A model generated the notes under the pieces. The model saw only the letters and a list, made by a program, of their open reading frames with translations, did not search any database and had not been told where the DNA came from. A DNA stretch of 64,000 nucleotides, from assembly GCA_015068125.1 (NCBI GenBank), contig SVLD01000002.1, forward strand, positions 24,533 to 88,532, in the 5' to 3' direction. Below, in pieces: positions 9,636-19,376 of this stretch. Numbering within the stretch: the stretch's first letter is position 1; each line of letters begins with the position of its first letter. The translations under genes were made by a program, and so were the position numbers. The DNA is from Oscillospiraceae bacterium (GTDB lineage Bacteria > Bacillota > Clostridia > Oscillospirales > Oscillospiraceae).

Positions 9636-10889
9636 TCAAAAGCTCTCACGGGTGTAGACATTGGCGTCCAGGATCCGGATATCCGCGTTGGGATCATTGG
9701 CATAAACCTTCTGACCCTGGGGATACATGGCAAAAATCTGCCGATCCTTCAGTGCGTTCAGTGCTGCCGTGTCCAGCGTTTCGCTCATATACGCAGGCAT
9801 CATAGCCAGCAGTATTTCGCCGCAGCCTGCATTCTTGGAATAGCAGATCATACTGGAAACAGCACTGGCTTCCCTACCCGTTGCAGGATCCAGCATGGAG
9901 CTGGCGATCCGACCGTCCGCAAAGGCATAGTAATGCCAGGAATCCCTGTCGCTTATGGGAAAATCCCGGAGGGACACCAGGCTCATTCTGCCTTGGTACT
10001 GCAGCACAGCAGGCATGAGAATATCATTCCCCTCCCGCTGGAACAGATTCAGGCTGAGCTGCTCCTCGCCGGAATAGAGATTTCGGGTAAAGCCGTCGTA
10101 ACTGGTGAGGTAGCCGTTTGTGTGGCCATTTTCGATCAGCGCATCGGCAATATAGTCAGCAATAAAGGCATTGGTCATCCAGCCAAAGTCCAGATACTCG
10201 GTGATCTCGTTCTCCCGGGCATAAGCCAAGTAGGCCTGAGAAACATTCAATCGCAGCCGGTTATCTCCCAAAATCTGAATGTCGATCATATCCGGGTTGG
10301 AGGAAAAGCCGCAGAGTTCCGTAATATACGCCATCAGCTCCGGATTTCTGGTGGGATCATACTGCCCTGCCTCCGGGTCACTCTGTGCTGTGAAAATACG
10401 CTGGTATTCCACATAGATCGGCGCCATGAAAATCGCCCGGTTCCGGGCCGACACAATTTGGCTCAGCGCCTTATACAGCGCGGGTTCAACGGTAATGTCC
10501 TCATTAACATGCTGATTGACATAGGCGATGTTATGGTATCCCTCGGCGGTATACTCGTTGTAGAACAGGCGGTAGCCGTCCTCCGCCAACTTGGTATAGA
10601 GGGTGGAGAGCTTTTTGTTCTCCGTGGATGCGGAAATTCCCGCATTTCCCAGGTAATAATTCAGAACAAAATCCTGACTGCAGTTAACATTACCGGAGGC
10701 GCATTTGATCTCATTCCAGCCCGGCTGGCTATTCAGCAAGGAAGCAATGCCGTAGCCAAAGGCGCCAATGGCCAGAATGATAGCCATAACCAAAAGAATA
10801 ATGCGCAGGGGTAAGTTCTTTCTGGTCAGCTCGATTTCAGCAGGCTGAGGCAGCCCCTTAGGGCTGCCTCTCTTTTTATCACTTTTCAT
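9636..10889 (-). CDS. ApbE (FAD:protein FMN transferase)-like protein with degenerate signatures and an N-terminal membrane anchor
   Basis: NIAYVN..ITVEPALY, LDFGWMTNAFIAD (canonical DLGGIAKGYAAD) and SMLDPATG (canonical HIIDPRTG). Confidence 0.65.
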   Translation of the reverse strand: MKSDKKRGSPKGLPQPAEIELTRKNLPLRIILLVMAIILAIGAFGYGIASLLNSQPGWNEIKCASGNVNCSQDFVLNYYLGNAGISASTENKKLSTLYTKLAEDGYRLFYNEYTAEGYHNIAYVNQHVNEDITVEPALYKALSQIVSARNRAIFMAPIYVEYQRIFTAQSDPEAGQYDPTRNPELMAYITELCGFSSNPDMIDIQILGDNRLRLNVSQAYLAYARENEITEYLDFGWMTNAFIADYIADALIENGHTNGYLTSYDGFTRNLYSGEEQLSLNLFQREGNDILMPAVLQYQGRMSLVSLRDFPISDRDSWHYYAFADGRIASSMLDPATGREASAVSSMICYSKNAGCGEILLAMMPAYMSETLDTAALNALKDRQIFAMYPQGQKVYANDPNADIRILDANVYTRESF

Positions 10890-10892
10890 AAT

Positions 10893-12191
10893 TTACATCA
10901 CAGCAAGCAGCAACAGGATTCCAAACAGAGCCAGAATGCTGCCCAAAGTGATCAGGCCGGCAATTGCGCCCTTTTTACAGGCTTTCCAGTTGCGAATGTG
11001 CTTAAACTTGCGGAAGATCAAGCCGCCGATAAAGCCCAGCGGAGGAAGCAGGAAGGACAGGAATGTATACCACTTGCTTCCGGTATCGTGGATGGGCGTA
11101 TTGATCATGAACTGCTCGGCAGACCAGATATCTTCCTCCTCCACCTTCTCCACAGTCTCGCCGGGCTCGGCGATGGTGATGGATTTCAGAGGAACATTCT
11201 TCTCGCGGATGGCCCGATACTCTTCGATTTCCTTTTTGTTGCCGAAGATGAGGTGGCCGTGGCCAATGTCCACCAGCTCAGGCTTGTCCTCGGTGTAATC
11301 GTGGACAGAGGGATCGTAAGTGAACAGAACCTTGTTCTTCTCCAGGATGGGATCCGGGATCGGAATTGCGGAAATCAGGCTACGGGTGTAGGGATGCAGC
11401 GGATAGTCAAACAGCTCTTCCGCATCCGCGATTTCCACGATATCGCCCTTGTAGATAACGCCGATCCGGTCTGAGATGAAGCGGACAATGGACAGGTCGT
11501 GGGCGATGAACAGGTAGGTCACATCCCGTTCCACCTGGAATTTCTTCAGCAGGTTCAGAACCTGGGCGCGGATAGAAACGTCCAGCGCGGAGATGGGCTC
11601 GTCAGCAATAACCAGCTCAGGCTCCATGACCATGGCACGGGCCAGACCGATTCTCTGACGCTGACCGCCGGAGAATTCGTGGGGGTAGCGGGTCAGGTGC
11701 TCAGGCAGCAGACCGACTTCCTCAACGATCTTCTCAACCTTCTGGATGCGATCCTCTTCGTTCTTATACAGGTGGAAGTTGTACAAGCCTTCGGAAATGA
11801 TATAGTCAACCGTTGCGCGCTCGTTCAAAGAAGCCGCGGGATCCTGGAATACCATCTGGATGTTCCGGATAATATCCCGATCCAGGCTGCGCTTGGTCTT
11901 ACCGGAAATACGAACGCCCTTGTACTGGATCTCACCGGCTGCGCAGGGATTTACGCGGATAACCGCGCGGCCGATGGTAGTCTTACCGGAACCGGATTCG
12001 CCTACCAGAGAGAACGTCTCGCCCTTGTAGATATCAAAGGAAGCGTTCTTAACAGCCTTGACCGCATTATCACCTTTACCGAAAGTGATATCCACATTTT
12101 TCAGGCTCAGCAGAATCTCTCTGCCATTTTCGTCCACGGGGCCGTGCTCAGGCAAATGAGCAGCAGCTTTGCTTAACTTTTCTTTTGACAC
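10893..12191 (-). CDS. oppF: Oligopeptide ABC transporter ATP-binding protein with C-terminal membrane extension
   Basis: [31 protein letters not shown] and HPYT. GTG start after an SD (AAGGAGG). Confidence 0.92.
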   Translation of the reverse strand: MSKEKLSKAAAHLPEHGPVDENGREILLSLKNVDITFGKGDNAVKAVKNASFDIYKGETFSLVGESGSGKTTIGRAVIRVNPCAAGEIQYKGVRISGKTKRSLDRDIIRNIQMVFQDPAASLNERATVDYIISEGLYNFHLYKNEEDRIQKVEKIVEEVGLLPEHLTRYPHEFSGGQRQRIGLARAMVMEPELVIADEPISALDVSIRAQVLNLLKKFQVERDVTYLFIAHDLSIVRFISDRIGVIYKGDIVEIADAEELFDYPLHPYTRSLISAIPIPDPILEKNKVLFTYDPSVHDYTEDKPELVDIGHGHLIFGNKKEIEEYRAIREKNVPLKSITIAEPGETVEKVEEEDIWSAEQFMINTPIHDTGSKWYTFLSFLLPPLGFIGGLIFRKFKHIRNWKACKKGAIAGLITLGSILALFGILLLLAVM

Positions 12192-12204
12192 AGCACACCC
12201 CTCC

Positions 12205-13962
12205 TTAAATGTTAAATGCGTCCATGAGCTTTTCGTGGATGTTCTGGATGATCTCCGGCTTCTCCACCTTAGGCGCTCTGGGATCCAGCAACCATGTCTT
12301 GGCAAAGTGGGTGTCCGTTACCTGGAACATGGGGGGCTCCTTCAGGGTATCCACTTTCAGGCAGTAGGGATTTCTGGGAGCAAAGGCATCACCCACGATG
12401 CTGTTATACAGAGACGGAGGCGTACCGGTAATGGAATAGAGCTTGGTATTTCTCTGGGCCAGCTGAGGCAGGCTGGACAGCAGCGCCCAGGTGTAGGGAT
12501 GGCGAGGATCGTAGAAGACCTCCTCGACAGTACCCATTTCTACAATCTGGCCAGCGTACATAACCGCGACGCGGTCAGCGATATTGGCAACCACGCCCAG
12601 GTCATGGGTAATGAAAACGATGGTGTAATTGAATTCCTTCTGCAGGTCCTTGATGAGCTTCAGAATCTGTGCCTGGATGGTAACGTCCAGAGCGGTGGTG
12701 GGCTCGTCACAGATCAGAATCTTGGGCTGGCAGGACAGAGCAATTGCAATAACAATTCTCTGACGCATACCGCCGGAATACTGGAAGGGATAGTCGTCAA
12801 AACGGTTCTCCGCATTGGGAATACCGACCTTCTTCATCAGTTCCAGGGCACGGGTGCGGGCCTCCAGCTCGCTGCAGTTCTGATGCTTGAGAATGATGGA
12901 GGTGATCTGCTTGCCGATGGTGATGATGGGGTTCAGAGAGGTCATGGGGTCCTGGAATACGGTAGCGATCTTGCCGCCGCGGATCTGGCTCCAGTCCTTT
13001 GCATACTGAATCTTTGCCAGGTTCAGCACGCAGGTGCCGTGAAGTTTCTCAGGCGTCTCGTCCAACAGCCGGACACGGAAAACCACCGTGTCAAACACGC
13101 TGTTACGCTGGGCATCGTCCATGAGGTCAACACCCATGGTCATGGCCTTCTTCATGGCCTTCAGCAGTTTATTCTGAGACTGGATGCGCTTACGCATACC
13201 AAAACGGCCAACAGACAGGTAGATTTCCTTGGCCAGGACCAGGTTACGGGCCTTGGTTTCCTCGGAAATTTCACAGTCAATTGCCTTCGCGTAGGCAGCC
13301 TTCAGCTCGCGCATCTTCTCCTCGTACTGCTTCAGATAAGCGGTATCGTGGCGGATGGCCTTCTGATGGTTACGGATGGTTTCCGCTTTCTTCTGCTCAA
13401 GCAGTTTGATCTGCTTGTCCAGCTCTGCGATCTCCACACCCATCTGCTTATAGCGAGCCTTTTCCGTCTTGCTGTCAACGGTCTGACGCTGGTTAAACAG
13501 CTCAGTACGCTTAAAGGCAAGATCGTCGATCTGCTTAGAAGTTTCCGCATTCTCTTCGTCGCTGATGGTAGCGCGCTGCTTCTTCTCGGACTCCAGCTCC
13601 AGGATCTGCCGATAGATTTCAGCGCCGGCCTCCAGCTTGGAGTAGCGGTCCAAAGCCTTCCGGGCAGAGTCGATCATATTGTTCGCAACGCCGTCAATCA
13701 CAACGGAAGTATCCGCCAGCTCCTCATCATTGAAAATGATGGAACCGTTGCTGATATAGCCGTTGGTTTCCAGCATACCGGCAAAGGTCTTGGTGAACAC
13801 AGACTTACCGGAACCGGACTCACCGACAATGGCCACGGATTCATTTTCATGGAAATCCAGGGACACACCGCGGATGGCGGTCAGGGTTCTTCCGCGGACG
13901 CGGAACTTTACTTCGAGGTCCTTAACGGACAGTAAAACCTTCTTGTTTTCCATATCCGTCAC
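12205..13962 (-). CDS. oppD: Oligopeptide ABC transporter ATP-binding protein with large insertion
   Basis: [41 protein letters not shown] and FAPR. Confidence 0.93.
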   Translation of the reverse strand: MTDMENKKVLLSVKDLEVKFRVRGRTLTAIRGVSLDFHENESVAIVGESGSGKSVFTKTFAGMLETNGYISNGSIIFNDEELADTSVVIDGVANNMIDSARKALDRYSKLEAGAEIYRQILELESEKKQRATISDEENAETSKQIDDLAFKRTELFNQRQTVDSKTEKARYKQMGVEIAELDKQIKLLEQKKAETIRNHQKAIRHDTAYLKQYEEKMRELKAAYAKAIDCEISEETKARNLVLAKEIYLSVGRFGMRKRIQSQNKLLKAMKKAMTMGVDLMDDAQRNSVFDTVVFRVRLLDETPEKLHGTCVLNLAKIQYAKDWSQIRGGKIATVFQDPMTSLNPIITIGKQITSIILKHQNCSELEARTRALELMKKVGIPNAENRFDDYPFQYSGGMRQRIVIAIALSCQPKILICDEPTTALDVTIQAQILKLIKDLQKEFNYTIVFITHDLGVVANIADRVAVMYAGQIVEMGTVEEVFYDPRHPYTWALLSSLPQLAQRNTKLYSITGTPPSLYNSIVGDAFAPRNPYCLKVDTLKEPPMFQVTDTHFAKTWLLDPRAPKVEKPEIIQNIHEKLMDAFNI

Positions 13963-13965
13963 CTC

Positions 13966-14955
13966 TTACATGTGGGTACGGGGATCGGATGCGTCGCCCA
14001 GATTCTGGCCGACAACATATAATACCACCGCAATGATAGAAGCAACCGCAACGGGACTCCAGAACTCGATTTCCCAACCGGGCACCAGCATAGCGTTCTG
14101 GGAAGCTTCAATCAGCTTGCCAAGGGACATATCCTTAAGGCCCATGCCGATATAGCTCAGGAACACCTCATAGGAAATATAGGAGGGGATCTCAGTAGCG
14201 ACCAGAGTCACGATAACAGAGGTCAGGAAAGGCAGGATGTTCTTGGTGGCGATCCGGGTAATGGGCGTGCCCAGGCAACGGGATGCCAGGTTATACTCAC
14301 GGTCACGGATAATAATGACCTGGGTACGGATGAAATAAGCAATGCCGATCCAGCCGGTAACCGTCAGCGCGAAAACCATGGACCAGAAGCTGGCGGACAT
14401 GATCAGAACAATGACAGAAATCAGCAGGATATAGGGAACGTTGGCTACGACGTTGTAGACCTCAGTCATGAAAACATCGAACTTTCTGCTGAAGCCCCAG
14501 ACCGCGCCGATGACAACACCGACAAGCATGTTGATGGCAGCGCAGATCAGCGCCAAAGAAATGGAAATGCTGGAGCCATACCAGATGGCGTCAAAGGTAG
14601 ATTCACCGGATGCGCCGGAGCCCAGGATCCATTTGATACCGCCGCCGAACTTGGCGAGGGCCTGGGAGGGTGTCAGATGTTTGGCAGAGCCGTCCATCAG
14701 ATTGACATAGGGATCCACCTCAGCGTTATAGGAAATAACAGCGGGATACACATAAGAGAAAATAATCAGCACAGCCAGCAGGCTCAGCACGATAATGTTG
14801 ATCTTCTTGCGGAAGAACACCCGGAACACAGATTTCCAGTAGGAATACCGGGGCGCAGTGATGCGCTCGGACTCCAAACTGTCCCGATCCACAGGGCTGA
14901 ACAGCTCTTCCTCAGACATATTAAATTCGTCGAGATTATACAGGTTATCAGCCAT
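13966..14955 (-). CDS. oppC: Oligopeptide ABC transporter permease (AmiD-like)
   Basis: YSYWKSVFRVFF, EYNLASRCLG EAA-like loop and GQNLGDASDPRTH. Confidence 0.92.
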   Translation of the reverse strand: MADNLYNLDEFNMSEEELFSPVDRDSLESERITAPRYSYWKSVFRVFFRKKINIIVLSLLAVLIIFSYVYPAVISYNAEVDPYVNLMDGSAKHLTPSQALAKFGGGIKWILGSGASGESTFDAIWYGSSISISLALICAAINMLVGVVIGAVWGFSRKFDVFMTEVYNVVANVPYILLISVIVLIMSASFWSMVFALTVTGWIGIAYFIRTQVIIIRDREYNLASRCLGTPITRIATKNILPFLTSVIVTLVATEIPSYISYEVFLSYIGMGLKDMSLGKLIEASQNAMLVPGWEIEFWSPVAVASIIAVVLYVVGQNLGDASDPRTHM

Positions 14956-14961
14956 TGGATC

Positions 14962-16536
14962 TTACCTCGCTTTCGATGTGAAGGAAATTCTGGGATCCAT
15001 CACAGACATCAGTATGTCGCCCACAATCACAGAAGTGACGGACAGGACGGCATAGAACAGTGCAACACCCACGATAACGCCGTTATCGTACTGGTTGATG
15101 GCGGTGGTCAGCACATTACCCACACCGGGAACAACATACACACGCTCGGTGATGATGGCGCCGGTCAGGGACAGCAGGATGCTGCCGGGGATACCATGGA
15201 CCACAGGAATAATGGCGTTCTTCAGAATGTGCTTACTGAAGATCTCTCCCTCGGAAAGGCCGCCGGACCGGGCGAACTTGACATAGTCAGAGTTCATCTG
15301 GTCGATCATATACCGGCGCAGCCACTTCATCAGGTTAGCGATGGAGGGCAGGGACAGAGAAATGATGGGCAGTACATACATCAGCCATGTGGGTTCGTTC
15401 ATATTGAAGGTTGTCGGCAAGCCGATGGCATTACCCACCGCACGGAAGATGAAGATATAGCCCAGGGACGGCACTGCCATGATAAAGATGATATAGAAAG
15501 TACCCAGCTTATCAACCAGCTTATCCTTCTTCAAGGCCATCAGCACACCCAGAGGCACTGCCAGCAGATAGGCGATCACAACAGAAATGATACCGATCAG
15601 GAAGGAGTATCCCATCTTGGACATACCATCCTTTGCGGTAACAACACCGGTGTAGTCATCCACATAGTATCTCTGGTTCAGCGCGCCCTTTTCCCGGGAA
15701 CCGGCAATATAGGTTGCGGTGTGCAGGTCATCCGCAGTCTGTTCCACTACGCCAGAGGGATAGGTGATGGTGCTGTACTCCAGAGCACCCTGGGTTTGGG
15801 TCATAGTGTCGAACACATCCACGCCCTCATTCACAGAATAGGACTTACCCAACTGGATCTTCAACAAATTCTGGTGAACAAAGGGGAATTTTTCGTCGAA
15901 GTACAACAGATATTTATGGTTTGTACCATTACCCATGATGGCCGGAGAGAATTTGTTGCCGCCATAGACAGGGTCATACAGCGTAAAGGTCAGGCCTCTC
16001 TCCCCTTCCACGCTCTCCGCGTTGTGGATATTGTCCACCTTGAACAGGCCTGTGAAGTAAGTCAACAGCCGCTTCAGTATTGGAATATCCTTATAGGCGT
16101 ACAGCTGGGGATTGCCGCCCTCTTTATACTTCTTGCTGTTAGGTTTGGTCTGACCGGGCAAACGAACGACTTCATAACCCTCAGATTCATATTTCTCTTT
16201 GAACAGTTGGACAAAATGCGCCGTTTCAGCGCTGTCAGTATCGTAGTTCTTGCCCAACTTAGCAGCAGAATCGTATTCCTCCTGGGTGATGCTACCGGCT
16301 TTCAGTTCTGCCTTCAGCCAATCAGAAAAAGGAATATAGTCCAGATATCCGTACTCTTCCCATTTCTGCATTTTGTAGGTCTCGCGTCCATTGAGCTTTG
16401 TTTTCGTGTAATTTGGATCCGTGGCAAAAATTGACTGCTTATCCAGGAAGGAATAGACCATAATCATGATCACAGCAACCACGAGAACCACAGAGAGCAA
16501 GGCACGCAGGATTCTACCTATTAAATACTTTGTCAT
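14962..16536 (-). CDS. oppB: Oligopeptide ABC transporter permease with large extracytoplasmic domain (AmiC-like)
   Basis: KYLIGRIL, LGKSY, SDYVKFARSGGLSE and DPRI. Confidence 0.92.
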   Translation of the reverse strand: MTKYLIGRILRALLSVVLVVAVIMIMVYSFLDKQSIFATDPNYTKTKLNGRETYKMQKWEEYGYLDYIPFSDWLKAELKAGSITQEEYDSAAKLGKNYDTDSAETAHFVQLFKEKYESEGYEVVRLPGQTKPNSKKYKEGGNPQLYAYKDIPILKRLLTYFTGLFKVDNIHNAESVEGERGLTFTLYDPVYGGNKFSPAIMGNGTNHKYLLYFDEKFPFVHQNLLKIQLGKSYSVNEGVDVFDTMTQTQGALEYSTITYPSGVVEQTADDLHTATYIAGSREKGALNQRYYVDDYTGVVTAKDGMSKMGYSFLIGIISVVIAYLLAVPLGVLMALKKDKLVDKLGTFYIIFIMAVPSLGYIFIFRAVGNAIGLPTTFNMNEPTWLMYVLPIISLSLPSIANLMKWLRRYMIDQMNSDYVKFARSGGLSEGEIFSKHILKNAIIPVVHGIPGSILLSLTGAIITERVYVVPGVGNVLTTAINQYDNGVIVGVALFYAVLSVTSVIVGDILMSVMDPRISFTSKAR

Positions 16537-16685
16537 AATCCGTCACTCATCTCTTATTTTGAATATGCTTATTCTCATATTATTCCATGTGAATGACCGT
16601 GAACTCAGCCCACCGACATAATTCGCTTCTAGAATAATAAAGAAAATCCACAGGACCTTCTCCGTCAGAAGAAGGTGATGTGGTG

Positions 16686-16759
16686 GCAGAGAATACTGCC
16701 CTCAGTATTCCCAAAACAGGGAAAAACATGAAAGAAATACTGAGGGCAGCATTTCCTGC
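16686..16759. repeat. 26-nt imperfect inverted repeat with self-palindromic arms
   Basis: GCAGAGAATACTGCCCTCAGTATTCC ... GAAATACTGAGGGCAGCATTTCCTGC. Confidence 0.75.
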
Positions 16760-16787
16760 AAAGAAAACTCGTCCAGACAGTCGCATT

Positions 16788-16820
16788 AGGAGGATGGACG
16801 GTAACCGCCCATCCTCCCTT
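16788..16820 (-). terminator. Stem-loop downstream of oppA (terminator or mRNA stabiliser)
   Basis: AGGAGGATGGACGG-TAA-CCGCCCATCCTCCCT. Confidence 0.55.
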
Positions 16821-16853
16821 CGATTAGATGGTGTAAAACGATTTCTTCTTAAA

Positions 16854-18998
16854 TTAGAAGATACCCAGGCTCTTGGTCATGTAGCCATCGTACTGGGGCA
16901 TCATGGTGCCCAGGTAGGTGGAAGGATCACCGTAGTCGGGGCCCCAACCGGAACCGTCGTTCAGGTCGAAGTTAGCGGCATTACCCTGGTCGTACCAGTA
17001 GGTAGCGTACAGGTAGTTGTCGCGGGTGGTGTACTCGATCAGGTTGACCTTGATCAGGCCGTTGGTGGAAGCCTCGATGGACTGCTTCATAGCGTTCTTC
17101 TGCTTGATGCTGTTCTCGGAGTCGCTTCTGTAGGGGATATCCAGGTAGATGGGGTTCTCAGCGGAGATCTCGATGCCCTGAGCCTTCAGCTCTTCAACAG
17201 CCTTGGCCATCTCAGCAGCACATGCCTCGGGGTTGTACCAGCCGTCGAAGCCGGCGCTGGAGGTGCCGTTCCAAACCTTGATGGCAATGCCGTCGGCGGT
17301 CAGCTGATCCTGCAGGATCTGGCCGTAGAAGGTGCCAGCTGCGTAGGTCTTGTCTGCATCACCGATCTTAACGGTGACTTCCTCCTCCAGGACACAGTAG
17401 GTGCCGGGAACATAGGAGTTGATCAGAGAGTTGAGCTTCAGCTCTTCGCCAACGGACTGAGCGTTGTAGGTGCCGCGGTCGATGGACATAGCCAGAGCCA
17501 GACGGAAGTGCTGGTTCAGCATAGCAGCGCCGGTACGAATCTTCTCATCCTCGGACTTGGGGGACTTACCAACATTGGCATCGTTGGCGTTAGCGAATGC
17601 AGCGCGGCGGATGTTGAAGAAGCCGCAGTAAGAGGTTGCGTCAGTGTCGGAAACATAGGCGTACTCGTCGAAGATGCCTGCGTTACGAGCCATCTCCACG
17701 CGCTCCTCGGTCAGACCGACGCCGTCAACGACACCGTTGATGCAGTCATCGTACATCTTCTTGTTATCGGAACCGTCGGTGTACAGGAAGGTCATGGACT
17801 TCAGGTTGTTGCCGGCAACATTCCAGTAGGAGGCGTTGGTCTCGAACTTGATGGTGTTGTTGGAAGTGAAGTTGGTAACACGGAAAGGACCGCAGTAAGC
17901 GATGGTGTCGGGGCTCTTGCCGTACTTGTAGGACTCAGCGGTGGGATCGAAGTCATCGCCGAACTGACCGCCCATGGAGACGTAGTACTCACGGCTCATG
18001 GGAGCGAAGACGCCGTAGCCCAGCATGGTCATGAAGTAGGAAGTGGGCTCGGTCAGGGTGTACTGCAGGGTGTAGTCATCAATAGCCTTAACGCCGACTT
18101 CCTCGAAGGTAGCTTCGCCAGCCAGGTATTCGTCAGTATTGACAATGTTTGCACAACCGCCGCAGACCAGGTAAGCCAGGTCGGAGCCGTTGTCCAGCAT
18201 ATGCTGCATGCCGGCGACGAAGTCGTCAGCCTTCAGGTCAGCGACCTTACGGCCCTGGTTGTCGACCCAAACCTGATTCTGGCGGATCTTGAAGGTGTAT
18301 GTCAGGCCATCCTCGGAGATGGTCCAGCTCTCAGCCAGTGCAGGCTGGTAAGCATTTTCCATGTCGTACTCGATCAGGCCGTCATAGGTGTTGACCAGGA
18401 TCTCGGAGTCAGCAGCCTGAGCGGTTGCCAGAACGTCCCAGGTCTGGGGGTCAGCATCAAAGTAAGCAACGTGGGAATCCTTAATGGTGTAGCCCTTGCC
18501 GGTCAGGTATTCCTTGACCCAGCTCTCGTAGGTGCCGCTACCAACCAGCTCAGCCCACTTGGCCTTCATCTCGGTGATTTCAGAAGCCTTGATCAGCTCA
18601 GTGACCACGATTCTGTCGTGGAAACGATAAGTATCGTTACCGAACAGGATGGGAGTGTTGGTGTAGGGAGCAACACGAGTCAGTGCGTAGTTGCCGCCCT
18701 GGGAAGTGGTGGGCAGGAAGATACCTGCGCCCAGCATCTTAGCCTCGGCGATAGCCATCAGTGCATAACGCTTGGACACGTTCTTTTCAGCCAGTGCCGC
18801 CTGATATGCATCATAGAAATCGCCCAGAACCAGATCATACACAGCCTGGGACAGCTCGTCGTAGTCGGTGATATCCTTGAAAGGATCGACATACGTTACG
18901 GTGTTGGGGGTGTTACCCGCCTGCTGAGTGCCGCCAGCGCAAGCGGCCATGGACATGACCATTACGACAGCCAGCATCAGTGCCAGAAACTTTTTCAT
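16854..18998 (-). CDS. oppA: Oligopeptide ABC substrate-binding lipoprotein (AmiA/AliA-like, apparently permuted)
   Basis: Lipobox MAAC, PALAESWTISEDGLTYTFKIR, GPF, FRLALAMSIDR and GWGPDYGDPSTYL. Confidence 0.93.
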   Translation of the reverse strand: MKKFLALMLAVVMVMSMAACAGGTQQAGNTPNTVTYVDPFKDITDYDELSQAVYDLVLGDFYDAYQAALAEKNVSKRYALMAIAEAKMLGAGIFLPTTSQGGNYALTRVAPYTNTPILFGNDTYRFHDRIVVTELIKASEITEMKAKWAELVGSGTYESWVKEYLTGKGYTIKDSHVAYFDADPQTWDVLATAQAADSEILVNTYDGLIEYDMENAYQPALAESWTISEDGLTYTFKIRQNQVWVDNQGRKVADLKADDFVAGMQHMLDNGSDLAYLVCGGCANIVNTDEYLAGEATFEEVGVKAIDDYTLQYTLTEPTSYFMTMLGYGVFAPMSREYYVSMGGQFGDDFDPTAESYKYGKSPDTIAYCGPFRVTNFTSNNTIKFETNASYWNVAGNNLKSMTFLYTDGSDNKKMYDDCINGVVDGVGLTEERVEMARNAGIFDEYAYVSDTDATSYCGFFNIRRAAFANANDANVGKSPKSEDEKIRTGAAMLNQHFRLALAMSIDRGTYNAQSVGEELKLNSLINSYVPGTYCVLEEEVTVKIGDADKTYAAGTFYGQILQDQLTADGIAIKVWNGTSSAGFDGWYNPEACAAEMAKAVEELKAQGIEISAENPIYLDIPYRSDSENSIKQKNAMKQSIEASTNGLIKVNLIEYTTRDNYLYATYWYDQGNAANFDLNDGSGWGPDYGDPSTYLGTMMPQYDGYMTKSLGIF

Positions 18999-19153
18999 AA
19001 TTCTTTCCTCCTATAAAAATTTTTCATTATGAAAATATGCTTAATCAATCACGTTGGATTGGGAAAGCCACAGTCAGGAGCGTCATCATACGGAAACATT
19101 TATCTGCACACGACGCACACTTTTGGGTGCAACAAACACCATTAAGTTTTGCC

Positions 19154-19182
19154 ATTATAGCATCCCGGGGCGAAATTGTCAA
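19154..19182 (-). promoter_or_regulatory. Consensus SigA promoter of the opp operon
   Basis: Minus strand TTGACA-17-TATAAT with TG extension. Confidence 0.8.
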
Positions 19183-19335
19183 ACACTTTATGCGCTTTTC
19201 TGGGTTTTTATCAATTTTTATTGGGAACTTGTCCTTTTTTTCGTGAACATTGTGAATCATGCCGACTGTCCGCTATGCTTTGTCCTCAAATTCCCTACAC
19301 GGCGTCATCCTGTCGTGGACGCATCGCATTTATTA

Positions 19336-19366
19336 AAGCCTCCGGGCATAGACCGGAGGCTTTTTA
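19336..19366 (-). terminator. Terminator after the ABC exporter
   Basis: AAAGCCTCCGG-loop-CCGGAGGCTTTTT. Confidence 0.7.
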
Positions 19367-19376
19367 CTGGGCATAT

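Noticed and set aside
14604-14627. SGAS in OppC as an ApbE flavinylation site
   Set aside because: It lacks the upstream Asp of the Dxx[ST]GA[ST] motif and sits where OppC has its usual LGTDxxGRD motif. The neighbouring ApbE-like protein also looks inactive.
16680-19016. 778-aa plus-strand ORF and other long antisense ORFs (1380-3503, 12169-13935, 14677-16434, 29133-31292)
   Set aside because: They are shadows of well-supported minus-strand genes with biased codon use, and they show no recognisable motifs.
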